64,000 nucleotides of DNA from Actinomycetota bacterium (GTDB lineage Bacteria; Actinomycetota; UBA4738): contig JBEDUK010000013.1 in the NCBI GenBank assembly GCA_040414485.1, positions 10,570 through 74,569 of the forward strand, read 5' to 3'. This document shows, piece after piece, positions 46,948-55,655 of this stretch; the stretch's first letter is position 1; each line of letters opens with the position of its first letter. The position numbers were made by a program, and so were the translations under genes. The notes beneath the pieces were generated by a model that was given only the letters and a program-made list of their open reading frames with translations, was not told the origin of the DNA and searched no databases.

Positions 46948-47507
46948 GAGGCTACCTCCGCGAGGAGGCTCCGCACCTCGCGCTCCAGCGCGTCGACGAA
47001 CGCCGGCATCGCATCGGCGACCTGGATGGAGAGCAGGCCACCCGGCGCGACCGAGGTCACCTGAAGGCCGAGGAAGACGGTCCGAGGCAACCGGCCCAGC
47101 GCACCGGCCAGCGCGATCGCTTCACCGACGCCAAGACCGTGGGTCGATACGGATGTCGCCAGCTCGGCGGGCAGACCCCCAGGTCCGGCCTCCACGCGAA
47201 TCGCCGCGCCGGACGGCCGAGCACAAGGGCTGTGCACCGCGTCGACCACGATCACCGCGGAAGCCCCTTCGAGCACGTCCAGCACCTGGAGCCCGGTCGC
47301 CGCCTCGAGCACCTCGACGTCGTTCCGGTCGCGGAGCCTCCGGCGAAGCGCGCGCACGGCGATGAGGCCGAGGGCGTCGTCGCCCCGGTCGCCGTTGCCG
47401 CACCCGATCACCCGGACACGCGCGGGGGTGGCCGTATCGCCCTTCAACGCCTTCGTCGCGGCGATCCTCGCGAGCCGAACCTCCCGCGGTTCCGTTCGCG
47501 CGCTCAT
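46944..47507 (-). CDS. hydrogenase maturation endopeptidase (HycI/HoxW-like)
   Basis: VRVIGCGNGDRGDDALG motif; ATGA overlap with large-subunit stop; trimmed from ORF 46944..48164. Confidence 0.8.
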   Translation of the reverse strand: MSARTEPREVRLARIAATKALKGDTATPARVRVIGCGNGDRGDDALGLIAVRALRRRLRDRNDVEVLEAATGLQVLDVLEGASAVIVVDAVHSPCARPSGAAIRVEAGPGGLPAELATSVSTHGLGVGEAIALAGALGRLPRTVFLGLQVTSVAPGGLLSIQVADAMPAFVDALEREVRSLLAEVAS

Positions 47508-48826
47508 GGGCGTTCGACCTCCACACGCTCCAGCCGAAGGAAGTGCGTCGCACAGGAGATGCAGGGGTCGTAGTTCCGTACGACCATCTCGCACAGACGA
47601 GCCAGATCCTCGTCGTCGCGGTCCAGCACCCCGGGGACGAAGAGCCGGAGGTCCCGCTCCATGTGACGCAGGTTCTGCGACGTCGGCGGCACGATCCGGG
47701 CGGACAGGATGGTGCCGTCCGCGGCGACGTCGTAGCGGTGGTAGAGGATGCCGCGCGGCGCTTCGGTGATCCACATACCCCGGCCGGCCCGCGGCACGAC
47801 GTGGGCGTGCGGCTCCCTCGGTGGCGTGTAGGCCTCGATCAGGCGCGCGCATTCGTCGATGGCGACGGCCGTCTCCACCACGCGCGCGGCCATCGACGCG
47901 AACGGATCCACCTCCGGCGATGACAGACGGGTTCGCCGGGCGACGTCCACAGCGGTCGGCGTCAGGTGCTCCCAGTTGAGGTTCACCCGGGCCAGAGGGC
48001 CGACGAAGTACGGCATGCCGGTGTCGGCGAACACGGCGTGCAGGGCGTTCGAGTGTTGGACGTGCTGTTCCTCGACCACGTTCTCGAAGGCGTCCGCGGT
48101 GAACTCGCGGCCCTCGGTGCTTCGGACCAGGCCCTCGTTGATCGGGTACTCGTCCGGGTGCCACAGGCCGACGAGCTCAGCCGGCCTGGGGAATGGAGGG
48201 ATGTCGAACGACGACGTCCAGTCGGCGACGCGAAGGATCTCCTCGCGAGCTTCCTCGAGTCGGGGGAGATATGCCTGCAAGGCGGCGCGCCGAGGCGCCT
48301 TCGAGAAGCCACCGACGACCGGGGAGACCGGATGGATCTCGCGGCCGCCGATCTCGGCCATCAGGTCGTTGCCCAGCCGCTTCAGTTTCAGGCCCCGCTC
48401 CAGGGCCTCGCGCTCGTGCGCCGCCATCGTCACCGCGCTCTCGTAGCCCAGGAAGTCGGGCGCCGCGAGCAGGTGGACGTGGAGCATGTGGCTTTCGATC
48501 CACTCGGCCAGGTAGAGGATCCTGCGGAGCTCGTGGACGCCGTCCGGAGGCGTGACGCCGAAGGCCTGTTCGAGGGCGTGGATCGCGCTCATCTGGTACG
48601 CGACCGGGCAGATGCCGCAGATCCTGGGGACGATGTCCGGCACCTCGGAGAAGTGCCGGCCCTCCAGGAACGCTTCGAAGAACCTCGGCGGCTCGTAGAT
48701 CTCGAGGCGAAGGTCGACGATCTCGCCATCGTGGACCCGCAGGTGCAGCGCGCCCTCGCCCTCCACGCGGGCGATCGACGGGATCTCGACCAGGCGGTTC
48801 GGGGTCCACGCGACCTTGTGCGTCAT
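47504..48826 (-). CDS. [NiFe]-hydrogenase large subunit, group 3b-type
   Basis: RICGICPVAY N-terminal and DPCISCATH C-terminal Ni-binding motifs; ATG 48826 after CAGGAGG SD. Confidence 0.9.
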   Translation of the reverse strand: MTHKVAWTPNRLVEIPSIARVEGEGALHLRVHDGEIVDLRLEIYEPPRFFEAFLEGRHFSEVPDIVPRICGICPVAYQMSAIHALEQAFGVTPPDGVHELRRILYLAEWIESHMLHVHLLAAPDFLGYESAVTMAAHEREALERGLKLKRLGNDLMAEIGGREIHPVSPVVGGFSKAPRRAALQAYLPRLEEAREEILRVADWTSSFDIPPFPRPAELVGLWHPDEYPINEGLVRSTEGREFTADAFENVVEEQHVQHSNALHAVFADTGMPYFVGPLARVNLNWEHLTPTAVDVARRTRLSSPEVDPFASMAARVVETAVAIDECARLIEAYTPPREPHAHVVPRAGRGMWITEAPRGILYHRYDVAADGTILSARIVPPTSQNLRHMERDLRLFVPGVLDRDDEDLARLCEMVVRNYDPCISCATHFLRLERVEVERP

Positions 48827-49701
48827 GCGGTCGCCTCCTGTTCCGCGGCCGGATCCTCCGCGGTGTCGGCGGCGGCGCGGAACTCCGGCGCCCATCCGGT
48901 GATGAAGCGGAACCGACCGGCCACCTCGGCGGGCGTCAGTCCGAGCGCGCCGAACCGCGCTCCCAGCGCCCCCGTGTTCGGCGGTTGCGACGGCCCGAAG
49001 CACCCGTAACACGCGCGTGCCATGCCGGGGCAGAGCGCCCCGCACCCCGTGCGGGTGACCGGTCCCATGCAGGGTTCGCCCTTCGCCACGAGCACGCAAA
49101 CGAACCCGCGCCGCTTGCACTCGACGCATACGGGCGACGTCGACAGGCGTGGAACGGCGCCCCGGAGCAGCGACACCAGCGCGCCGAGCAACTGGCCGCG
49201 ATCGATCGGGCAGCCCGGAAGTTCCAGGTCGACCCGGACGTGATCCGACACGGGCGTCGACGAGTCGAGCGTGCTGATGTACTCGGGCGAGGCGTACACC
49301 GTCCGGATGTACCGCGCGGTGTCCGCGACGTTGCGGAGGGCCTGGATGCCGCCGGAGGTGGCACAGGCGCCGATCGTGACCAGGAACGTCGACTGGCGCC
49401 GGATCTCCCTGATCTCCTCGAGCTGGGCCGGGGTCGAAACCGAACCTTCGACCAGGGCGACGTCGTAAGGACCGGGCTCCGAGAGACCGCGGGCCTCGCG
49501 GAAGTGGACGATGTCCACGGCGCCGGCGAGCGCCAGCAACGCCTCTTCGGCGTCGAGCAGCTGCAGCTGGCAGCCGTCGCAGGACGACATCTTGAACACG
49601 GCCAGGCGGGGCTTGGGCGGAGCGTTCTTCGAGCCGCCCCGGTCACCGTTCGCGGCCGCTCTGGCGGCGTCCACCCTGGCAGAGATCGCGCCCTCGCTCA
49701 C
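48823..49701 (-). CDS. [NiFe]-hydrogenase small (delta) subunit
   Basis: PKPRLAVFKMSSCDGCQLQLLD...; GTGA overlap with gamma stop. Confidence 0.8.
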   Translation of the reverse strand: MSEGAISARVDAARAAANGDRGGSKNAPPKPRLAVFKMSSCDGCQLQLLDAEEALLALAGAVDIVHFREARGLSEPGPYDVALVEGSVSTPAQLEEIREIRRQSTFLVTIGACATSGGIQALRNVADTARYIRTVYASPEYISTLDSSTPVSDHVRVDLELPGCPIDRGQLLGALVSLLRGAVPRLSTSPVCVECKRRGFVCVLVAKGEPCMGPVTRTGCGALCPGMARACYGCFGPSQPPNTGALGARFGALGLTPAEVAGRFRFITGWAPEFRAAADTAEDPAAEQEATA

Positions 49702-50594
49702 AGCGCATGCGCCCCCAGGAGGTCGGCGATGCGGTCGTAGCGGAACACCGGGCCGTCGGCGCACACGAACGTGGGCCCGAACTGGCAGTGCCCGCACAGG
49801 CGCACGCCGCACTGCATGTTCCGCTCCATCGAGAGGTAGACGCGGTCGGGTGGGACGTCGCGGGCGAGAAGCCCCCTGATCGCGAAGCTCATCATGATCT
49901 CGGGGCCGCACACGAACGCCGTCGTGCGGTCCGGATCGATCCGGGCGCCGTCGAACAGCGTCGTGACGACCCCTTCGCCGTACGGCCATGCGTCGTCGGC
50001 GACGTCGACCGTCAGCGACACCTCCATGCGGCGCGAGCGCATCCACTCGTGCCACGCGTCCAGCAGGCCGCGGTACAGCATGTGCTCCGGTCCGCGGGCA
50101 CCGACCAGCACGATCACCCGCCGGTAGGCGTGACGTTCGCGGAGTGCCTCGTAGATCGCCGGTCGCACCGGCGCCAGGCCGAGGCCGCCGGCCACGATCA
50201 GGAGGTCGCTGCCCTCGGCCGCCTGCATCGGCCACGGCGTGCCGAACGGCCCGCGCAGGCCGACGACGTCGCCCACCCGCAGCGCGCCGATGGCGTCCGT
50301 GACCCTGCCGGTCGATCGGATCGTGTGTGCGAGGCGCGTGGGCAGCCCGGGGTCGGACGAGACCGAGATCGGCACCTCACCGACGCCGAAGACGTAGAGC
50401 ATGTTGAACTGACCGGGGAGGAACCGGTACGCCGCGCGGGCGTCGGGATCCGCGAGGCTCAGCCAGAACGTGCGGGTGTCGGGCGTCTCCCGAACGACCC
50501 GCCGGATCACGGCGGGGCGGTCCAGCGTCTCGTCTCCCGCGAGTGGCGGCGTGAATCCGGCAGCGGTCCGGCTGAGCAGGGCGGGCGCGGTCAT
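49698..50594 (-). CDS. hydrogenase gamma subunit (FAD/NAD(P)-binding, 2Fe-2S; AsrB/HydG-like)
   Basis: RFLPGQFNMLYVFGVGEVPISVSS...GGLGLAPVRP...CGVRLCGHCQFG; ATG 50594 after GAAGGAGGAGG SD. Confidence 0.85.
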   Translation of the reverse strand: MTAPALLSRTAAGFTPPLAGDETLDRPAVIRRVVRETPDTRTFWLSLADPDARAAYRFLPGQFNMLYVFGVGEVPISVSSDPGLPTRLAHTIRSTGRVTDAIGALRVGDVVGLRGPFGTPWPMQAAEGSDLLIVAGGLGLAPVRPAIYEALRERHAYRRVIVLVGARGPEHMLYRGLLDAWHEWMRSRRMEVSLTVDVADDAWPYGEGVVTTLFDGARIDPDRTTAFVCGPEIMMSFAIRGLLARDVPPDRVYLSMERNMQCGVRLCGHCQFGPTFVCADGPVFRYDRIADLLGAHAL

Positions 50595-51718
50595 GCCGGC
50601 ACCTCCTCCTTCTGCCTGGCGCCGTCGGTGCGCCGAATGGCGTCGATCTCCTCGGTCACGTCGATCCCCACGGGGCACCAGGTGATGCACCGCCCGCACC
50701 CGACGCAGCCGGACGTGCCGAACTGGTCGATCCAGGCGGCGAACTTGTGCGTGAGCCACTGGCGGTACCGCGCCTCGCGCGTGGCCCGGACGTCCATGCC
50801 GACGATGTGGCTGAACTCGGATGAGAAGCAGGACGCCCACTCGCGCGTGCGCGTGGCCGTCACCCCGGTGATGTCCGAGGTGTCGACCACGTCGTGGCAG
50901 AAGCAGGTCGGGCATGCCGACGTGCAGTTGCCGCAGGCGAGACACCGCTCCGCGACCTCCGCCCAGCGCGGGTGCTCGCGGTTGCGGTACAGCAGCGACG
51001 GCATGTCGTCGGTGCGGAGTTCGCGTCCCATGGTCTCGACGGCGCCGCGACGGATGCGTTCGGCGTCGGCCTCCTCCTCTTCCGTGGACGCACGCGTGCC
51101 GATCGCGTGGAGGACCTCCTCGCCCCGTTCGGTGCCGACCTCCGCCAGGAACCCGTCCTCGTCCAGCTCGGTCAGCGCGATATCGAACCCCGTGGTGCAC
51201 CTGGGTCCGGTCCCCATCGAAGCGCAGAAGCAGGTGCCGCCCGGCGAGCCGCAGTTGACGCCGACGAAGAAGGCATCGCGACGGCGCCGTGCGTAGTGCG
51301 GATCGGCGACCGCGCCGTTCAGGAAGACCCGGTCCTGAACAGCGATCGCGTGGAGGTCGCACGAGCGGAGCCCGATGAACGCCAGCGGGCGGTCGGTGTC
51401 GAGAGGTGCCGCGGGCCTGGACTTCAGCGACCCGTTCGTCTTCGTGATCGTCGCCAGGTCCTCGCGAGCCGGGAACAGGAACCGCTTCCCCGAGTCGGGC
51501 CCGTGAGCCCAGGCGAACATCAGATGGTCAGGTTGCTTGACCAACCGGTACCGGCCCGCATCCTGGATCTCGCGGACGCCCTGCGGGAGATCGGCCGCGC
51601 CGCCGATGTGATCCAGGACGATGGCGCCGTCCCGGACGGTTGGTCCGATCAGATCGAATCCGAGCGCCCTGAGTTCGTTCAGCAGGCGTTCGAACCCGGC
51701 CCGATCGATGAATCGCAT
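50591..51718 (-). CDS. hydrogenase beta subunit (4Fe-4S, AsrA/HydB-like)
   Basis: CLACGNCTSACPTCFC and CVGCGRCITWCP clusters; ATG 51718 after GAAGGAGG SD. Confidence 0.85.
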   Translation of the reverse strand: MRFIDRAGFERLLNELRALGFDLIGPTVRDGAIVLDHIGGAADLPQGVREIQDAGRYRLVKQPDHLMFAWAHGPDSGKRFLFPAREDLATITKTNGSLKSRPAAPLDTDRPLAFIGLRSCDLHAIAVQDRVFLNGAVADPHYARRRRDAFFVGVNCGSPGGTCFCASMGTGPRCTTGFDIALTELDEDGFLAEVGTERGEEVLHAIGTRASTEEEEADAERIRRGAVETMGRELRTDDMPSLLYRNREHPRWAEVAERCLACGNCTSACPTCFCHDVVDTSDITGVTATRTREWASCFSSEFSHIVGMDVRATREARYRQWLTHKFAAWIDQFGTSGCVGCGRCITWCPVGIDVTEEIDAIRRTDGARQKEEVPA

Positions 51719-51807
51719 CGCCGACGCCTCCTTCGACCCTTCGGCCTTCATGCGCGATGCTCGTCCGCGAATAGGCGGCCGTGTGGGGGCGAAGGGCCAG
51801 GTGGACG

Positions 51808-51821
51808 TGGGCCGAACGGCC
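51808..51821. promoter_or_regulatory. perfect inverted repeat GGGCCGAACGGCCC in divergent promoter between hydrogenase operon (-90) and YbaK/P-type ATPase operon (-78)
   Basis: best instance of recurring motif family. Confidence 0.45.
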
Positions 51822-51898
51822 CGGCTCAAACGTGCCGGCCGGTCGTTGCCTGGCTTCATGATCAGAGGTGAAGACGTTGACGCCGTGCCCCACGACGG

Positions 51899-52405
51899 GT
51901 GGACCGCGAGGAGACGCGGGTGAACGGTGTGGACCGGCTTTGCAGCTACCTGGACGAGCGCCGCGTCACGTATCACCGGCGCGCGCACCCGTTCGCGTTC
52001 ACGGCTCGCGAGATCGCCCACCTCGAACGCCTGGAGCCTCACCGCGTGGCGAAGGTGGTGATCGCCTCGGCCGGCGGGTCGCTCGTCATGCTCGTGCTTC
52101 CGGCCCCCTGCCGGGTCGACGCGCGCCGGGTTGCCGCGGCGCTGAAGACGCACGACGTGCGCCTTGCCCACGAGGAGGAGTTCACCCCGCGGTTCCCGGA
52201 CTGCGATCCGGGAGCGATGCCGCCGTTCGGCAACCTCTACGACATGCCGGTCTATGTCGACGAGTCGCTGACGAACGAGGCCAGCATCACCTTCCAGGCC
52301 GGAAGTCACGCGGAGACGCTGACGATCGACTTCGGCGACTTCGAACGTCTGGTTGGGCCGGTTGTCGCAACCTTCGCCGAGCCCGAGATCCGGTACGGCG
52401 CATGA
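51899..52405 (+). CDS. YbaK/ProX-like aminoacyl-tRNA deacylase domain protein
   Basis: PPFGNLYDMPVYVDESL...ITFQAGSHAETL; GTG start region 51899-51929. Confidence 0.65.
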   Translation: MDREETRVNGVDRLCSYLDERRVTYHRRAHPFAFTAREIAHLERLEPHRVAKVVIASAGGSLVMLVLPAPCRVDARRVAAALKTHDVRLAHEEEFTPRFPDCDPGAMPPFGNLYDMPVYVDESLTNEASITFQAGSHAETLTIDFGDFERLVGPVVATFAEPEIRYGA

Positions 52406-55269
52406 GCGGTGCGTCCACACTCCGCGCGGATCCCGGTGCGGCGGCCCGGGCCGAGGCGTCCGGCACGAGCACGCTCGGCGGCCCTCCGTGGATGCTCGCG
52501 ATCGAGGACGTCTACGGAGCGCTGAGGTCTGGACCGGGGGGTCTGTCCGGTTCCGAGGCGGCGCGGCGGCTCGCGACCGCCGGCCGGAACGAGATCCAGG
52601 AGATCCGCGGCCCGAGCCTTGCGCGGCGTTTCCTCGCGCAGTTCGTCAACCTCTTCGCGCTGCTCCTGTGGGGCGGAGCCGCGCTGGCGTTCGTCGCGGG
52701 CACGCCGCAGTTCGGTGCCGCGATCATCGCGGTGATCGTGCTGAACGGGGTGTTCGGGATGCTGCAGGAGTACCGTGCCGAACGGGCGGTGACGGCGCTT
52801 CGGCGCCTCCTTCCGCAGGTCGCGACCGTCGTGCGGGACGGCGACGCCATGCCCGCGCCCGCTGAGTCGCTCGTCGCCGGCGACCTGTTGGTGGTGGCTG
52901 AGGGTGACCGCGTCTCAGCCGACGCGCGCCTCGTCGACCAGACGGACCTGCGGGTCGACGAGTCCAGCCTCACGGGCGAGGCGCATCCGGTCCACAAGAC
53001 GGCGGAGGCCGAACGAGAGCCGCCGGCGACCTCGATCCAGGCGCACAACATGCTATTCGCGGGCAGCACCGTGATGGCCGGCTCCGGCCGCGCGATCGTG
53101 ACCGCCACGGGGATGGGCACCGAGTTCGGCCGGATCGCCCGCCTGACCCAGGAGGTGCGACAGGACCCGAGCCCCCTGCAGGTCGAGGTCGGACGCGTCG
53201 CGCGGCGGGTGGCGCTGCTGTCCGTCGTCCTCGGTGTCGGGTTCTTCGTCATCGGGTACGTGTTCGCGGGGCTGCCCCTGAAGGATGGCGCGATCTTCGC
53301 GATCGGGATCGTGCTGGCGAACGTGCCCGAGGGCCTGTTGCCCACGATGACGCTGGCGTTGGCGATGGCCGTGCAACGCATGGCGAAGCGCAATGCGCTC
53401 GTGAAACGGCTGTCGTCGGTCGAGACGCTCGGTTCGTGCACGGTCATCTGCACGGACAAGACCGGGACGATCACGAAGAACCAGATGACGGTCCGGGAGC
53501 TTTGGGCGCCGACTGGGCACGTCGCCCGGATCTCCGGGTCGGGCTACGAACCGGTGGGCGAGGTGAGGGTGTGCGATGCGCCGGCCGCGCGTCAGGACCT
53601 GATTCCCTTCCTGCCGATCCTTCGGATCGGCCACATGTGCAGCTCCGCGCGCCTCGTGCCCCCGTCGGACGAAGGCGCCGCGTGGCAGATCCGCGGCGAC
53701 CCGACCGAGGGCGCGCTCCTCGTGGCCGCCACCAGAGCCGGCCTCGACCGTGACGAGGACCTGCGGCTGCGCCCGGTCGTTCGCGAGCTGGCGTTCGACC
53801 CGAAACGCAAGCGCATGTCCACGATCCATCGGGCGCTTGCGTCGGACGGTCTGCTGGTCGCGTACGTCAAAGGTGCGCCGCGGGAGTTGCTCGAGCATTG
53901 CTCGCTCGTGCTCGTGGGCGGTCAGGAGGTGCCGCGAACGGCGGCGCTCACCGATATGGCGATGGCGGAGAACGACCGGATGGCGCGGGCCGGAATGCGC
54001 GTGCTCGGCATGGCGTACCGGTACCTTCCCGAAGAGCAGGAAGCTCACCTGGGCTCGCTGCATCCAGGCGACGTCGAACAGGAACTGGTGTTCGCTGGGC
54101 TCGTCGCGATGCAGGATCAGCCCAGGGACGAGGTTCCCGACGCGGTCGAGCGGTGCCATGCGGCCGGCATCCGGATCATCATGATCACCGGGGATTACGG
54201 GCTCACGGCCGAGGCGATCGCCCGTGAGGTGGGGATCGTTCGAAGCGGGGACGGGGCCGCCGTCCGCGTCATCGACAGCGCCGAGCTGGCACGCCTCTCG
54301 GACGACGAACTCCGGGAGGTGCTCGGCACGCCACAGCTGATCTTCTCCAGGGCGACGCCCGAGCACAAGCTCCGCGTGGTGCGCGCGCTTCAGGAGATGG
54401 GTCAGGTGGTGGCGGTGACCGGCGACGGCGTGAACGACGCACCGGCCTTGCGCCGCGCCGACATCGGCGTCGCGATGGGTCTGACAGGCACCGACGTGGC
54501 GCGCGAGGCCGCCGACATGATCCTGGTGGACGACAACTTCGCGACCATCGTCAGCGCCGTCGAAGAGGGCCGCGCGATCTTCGACAACATGCGGAAGTTC
54601 ATCGTCTACATCTTCGCCCACCTGTCGCCCGAGGCCATCCCGTTCATCTTCTACGCGCTGTTCCGGGTGCCGCTGCCGCTGACCGTCATGCAGATCCTGG
54701 CCATCGACCTCGGGACCGAGACCTTGCCGGCCCTGGCGCTGGGGATCGAGCGCCCGGAGCCGGACGTGATGACGCGGCCGCCCAGGCGCAGGGCGGAGCG
54801 GCTGCTCTCGGGCGGCGCGCTTGCCCGCGGGTACGGATTCCTGGGCGGGATGACATCGGTCGTGGTGATGTCGGCGTTCTTCCTCTACCTGACCGGGCAG
54901 GGGTGGCACTGGGGCGAGCACCAGCCCCCGACGTCCGAGGCCGGCGCCGTGGCGTCGACGATCGTCTTCCTGGGGATCGTGATCATGCAGATCGGCAACG
55001 CGTTCGCGTGCCGGACCGAACGGGTTTCGGCGTTCTCCGTCGGATTGTTCTCGAACCGGTTCCTGCTGTGGGGCATCGCCTTCGAGGTGGCGTTCGCGGC
55101 GGCCCTGATCTACGTTCCGGCGCTGCATGGGCTCTTCGGAACGGGGACCGTCCGCCCGGTGTGGTGGGTGTATCTGCTCGCGTTCGTCCCCGTCGTGTTC
55201 ACGGCGGAGGAGGCGCGGAAGGCAATCATGCGACGGCGCGCGGGACACATTCTGAGCGCACACCGCTGA
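52402..55269 (+). CDS. P-type cation-transporting ATPase (type II, Ca/Mg-type)
   Basis: ATGA overlap with YbaK-like stop; TGES-like, DKTGTIT phosphorylation site, GDGVNDAPAL hinge, 10 TM. Confidence 0.9.
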   Translation: MSGASTLRADPGAAARAEASGTSTLGGPPWMLAIEDVYGALRSGPGGLSGSEAARRLATAGRNEIQEIRGPSLARRFLAQFVNLFALLLWGGAALAFVAGTPQFGAAIIAVIVLNGVFGMLQEYRAERAVTALRRLLPQVATVVRDGDAMPAPAESLVAGDLLVVAEGDRVSADARLVDQTDLRVDESSLTGEAHPVHKTAEAEREPPATSIQAHNMLFAGSTVMAGSGRAIVTATGMGTEFGRIARLTQEVRQDPSPLQVEVGRVARRVALLSVVLGVGFFVIGYVFAGLPLKDGAIFAIGIVLANVPEGLLPTMTLALAMAVQRMAKRNALVKRLSSVETLGSCTVICTDKTGTITKNQMTVRELWAPTGHVARISGSGYEPVGEVRVCDAPAARQDLIPFLPILRIGHMCSSARLVPPSDEGAAWQIRGDPTEGALLVAATRAGLDRDEDLRLRPVVRELAFDPKRKRMSTIHRALASDGLLVAYVKGAPRELLEHCSLVLVGGQEVPRTAALTDMAMAENDRMARAGMRVLGMAYRYLPEEQEAHLGSLHPGDVEQELVFAGLVAMQDQPRDEVPDAVERCHAAGIRIIMITGDYGLTAEAIAREVGIVRSGDGAAVRVIDSAELARLSDDELREVLGTPQLIFSRATPEHKLRVVRALQEMGQVVAVTGDGVNDAPALRRADIGVAMGLTGTDVAREAADMILVDDNFATIVSAVEEGRAIFDNMRKFIVYIFAHLSPEAIPFIFYALFRVPLPLTVMQILAIDLGTETLPALALGIERPEPDVMTRPPRRRAERLLSGGALARGYGFLGGMTSVVVMSAFFLYLTGQGWHWGEHQPPTSEAGAVASTIVFLGIVIMQIGNAFACRTERVSAFSVGLFSNRFLLWGIAFEVAFAAALIYVPALHGLFGTGTVRPVWWVYLLAFVPVVFTAEEARKAIMRRRAGHILSAHR

Positions 55270-55296
55270 CGATCCAGCCCGGCCGACGAGCTTGTC

Positions 55297-55497
55297 TCAG
55301 TGGTTGACCGGTTGCCTCCGGAGGACCTTCGCCGCGCCTGCGCTCGGGAAATAGACGGACTCGTGCCCGTCCGACCAGCGCACGCGGTACTGGATGCCAG
55401 TCGGATGTTCGATGATTTCGACGACGTCGCCCTCACGCGGCGTCTGACCCACCCCTTCCGACTCCACGATGATGCGATCGCCGACGCTGGCGTCCAT
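55297..55497 (-). CDS. DUF1918-like small protein (66 aa)
   Basis: GDRIIVES...YRVRWSDGHESVYFP; ATG 55497 after GAAGGAGG SD. Confidence 0.55.
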   Translation of the reverse strand: MDASVGDRIIVESEGVGQTPREGDVVEIIEHPTGIQYRVRWSDGHESVYFPSAGAAKVLRRQPVNH

Positions 55498-55561
55498 GGG
55501 CGCCTCCTTCTCGCTGCGTTGGGTGCGTGACTGATCATCGCGTGGAGGCGCTTCTTCCGCA

Positions 55562-55575
55562 GGGACGTTCGGCCC
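55562..55575. promoter_or_regulatory. inverted repeat GGGACGTTCGGCCC 65 nt upstream of DUF1918 gene
   Basis: recurring motif family; this copy carries GGGAC half-site as in mycobacterial DosR boxes. Confidence 0.4.
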
Positions 55576-55655
55576 CGTCCCGCCGGGATCATGACGTCCT
55601 GGGAACGAGGGATCCTGCAGACCGCTCGACTCCTCCGGCCCCGCACGGGATCCAT

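Noticed and set aside
53053-55263. 736-aa minus ORF opposite the P-type ATPase; likewise 58526..59986(+), 58566..59801(-), 59979..61247(-) opposite PFOR
   Set aside because: Antisense artefacts of strongly supported genes.
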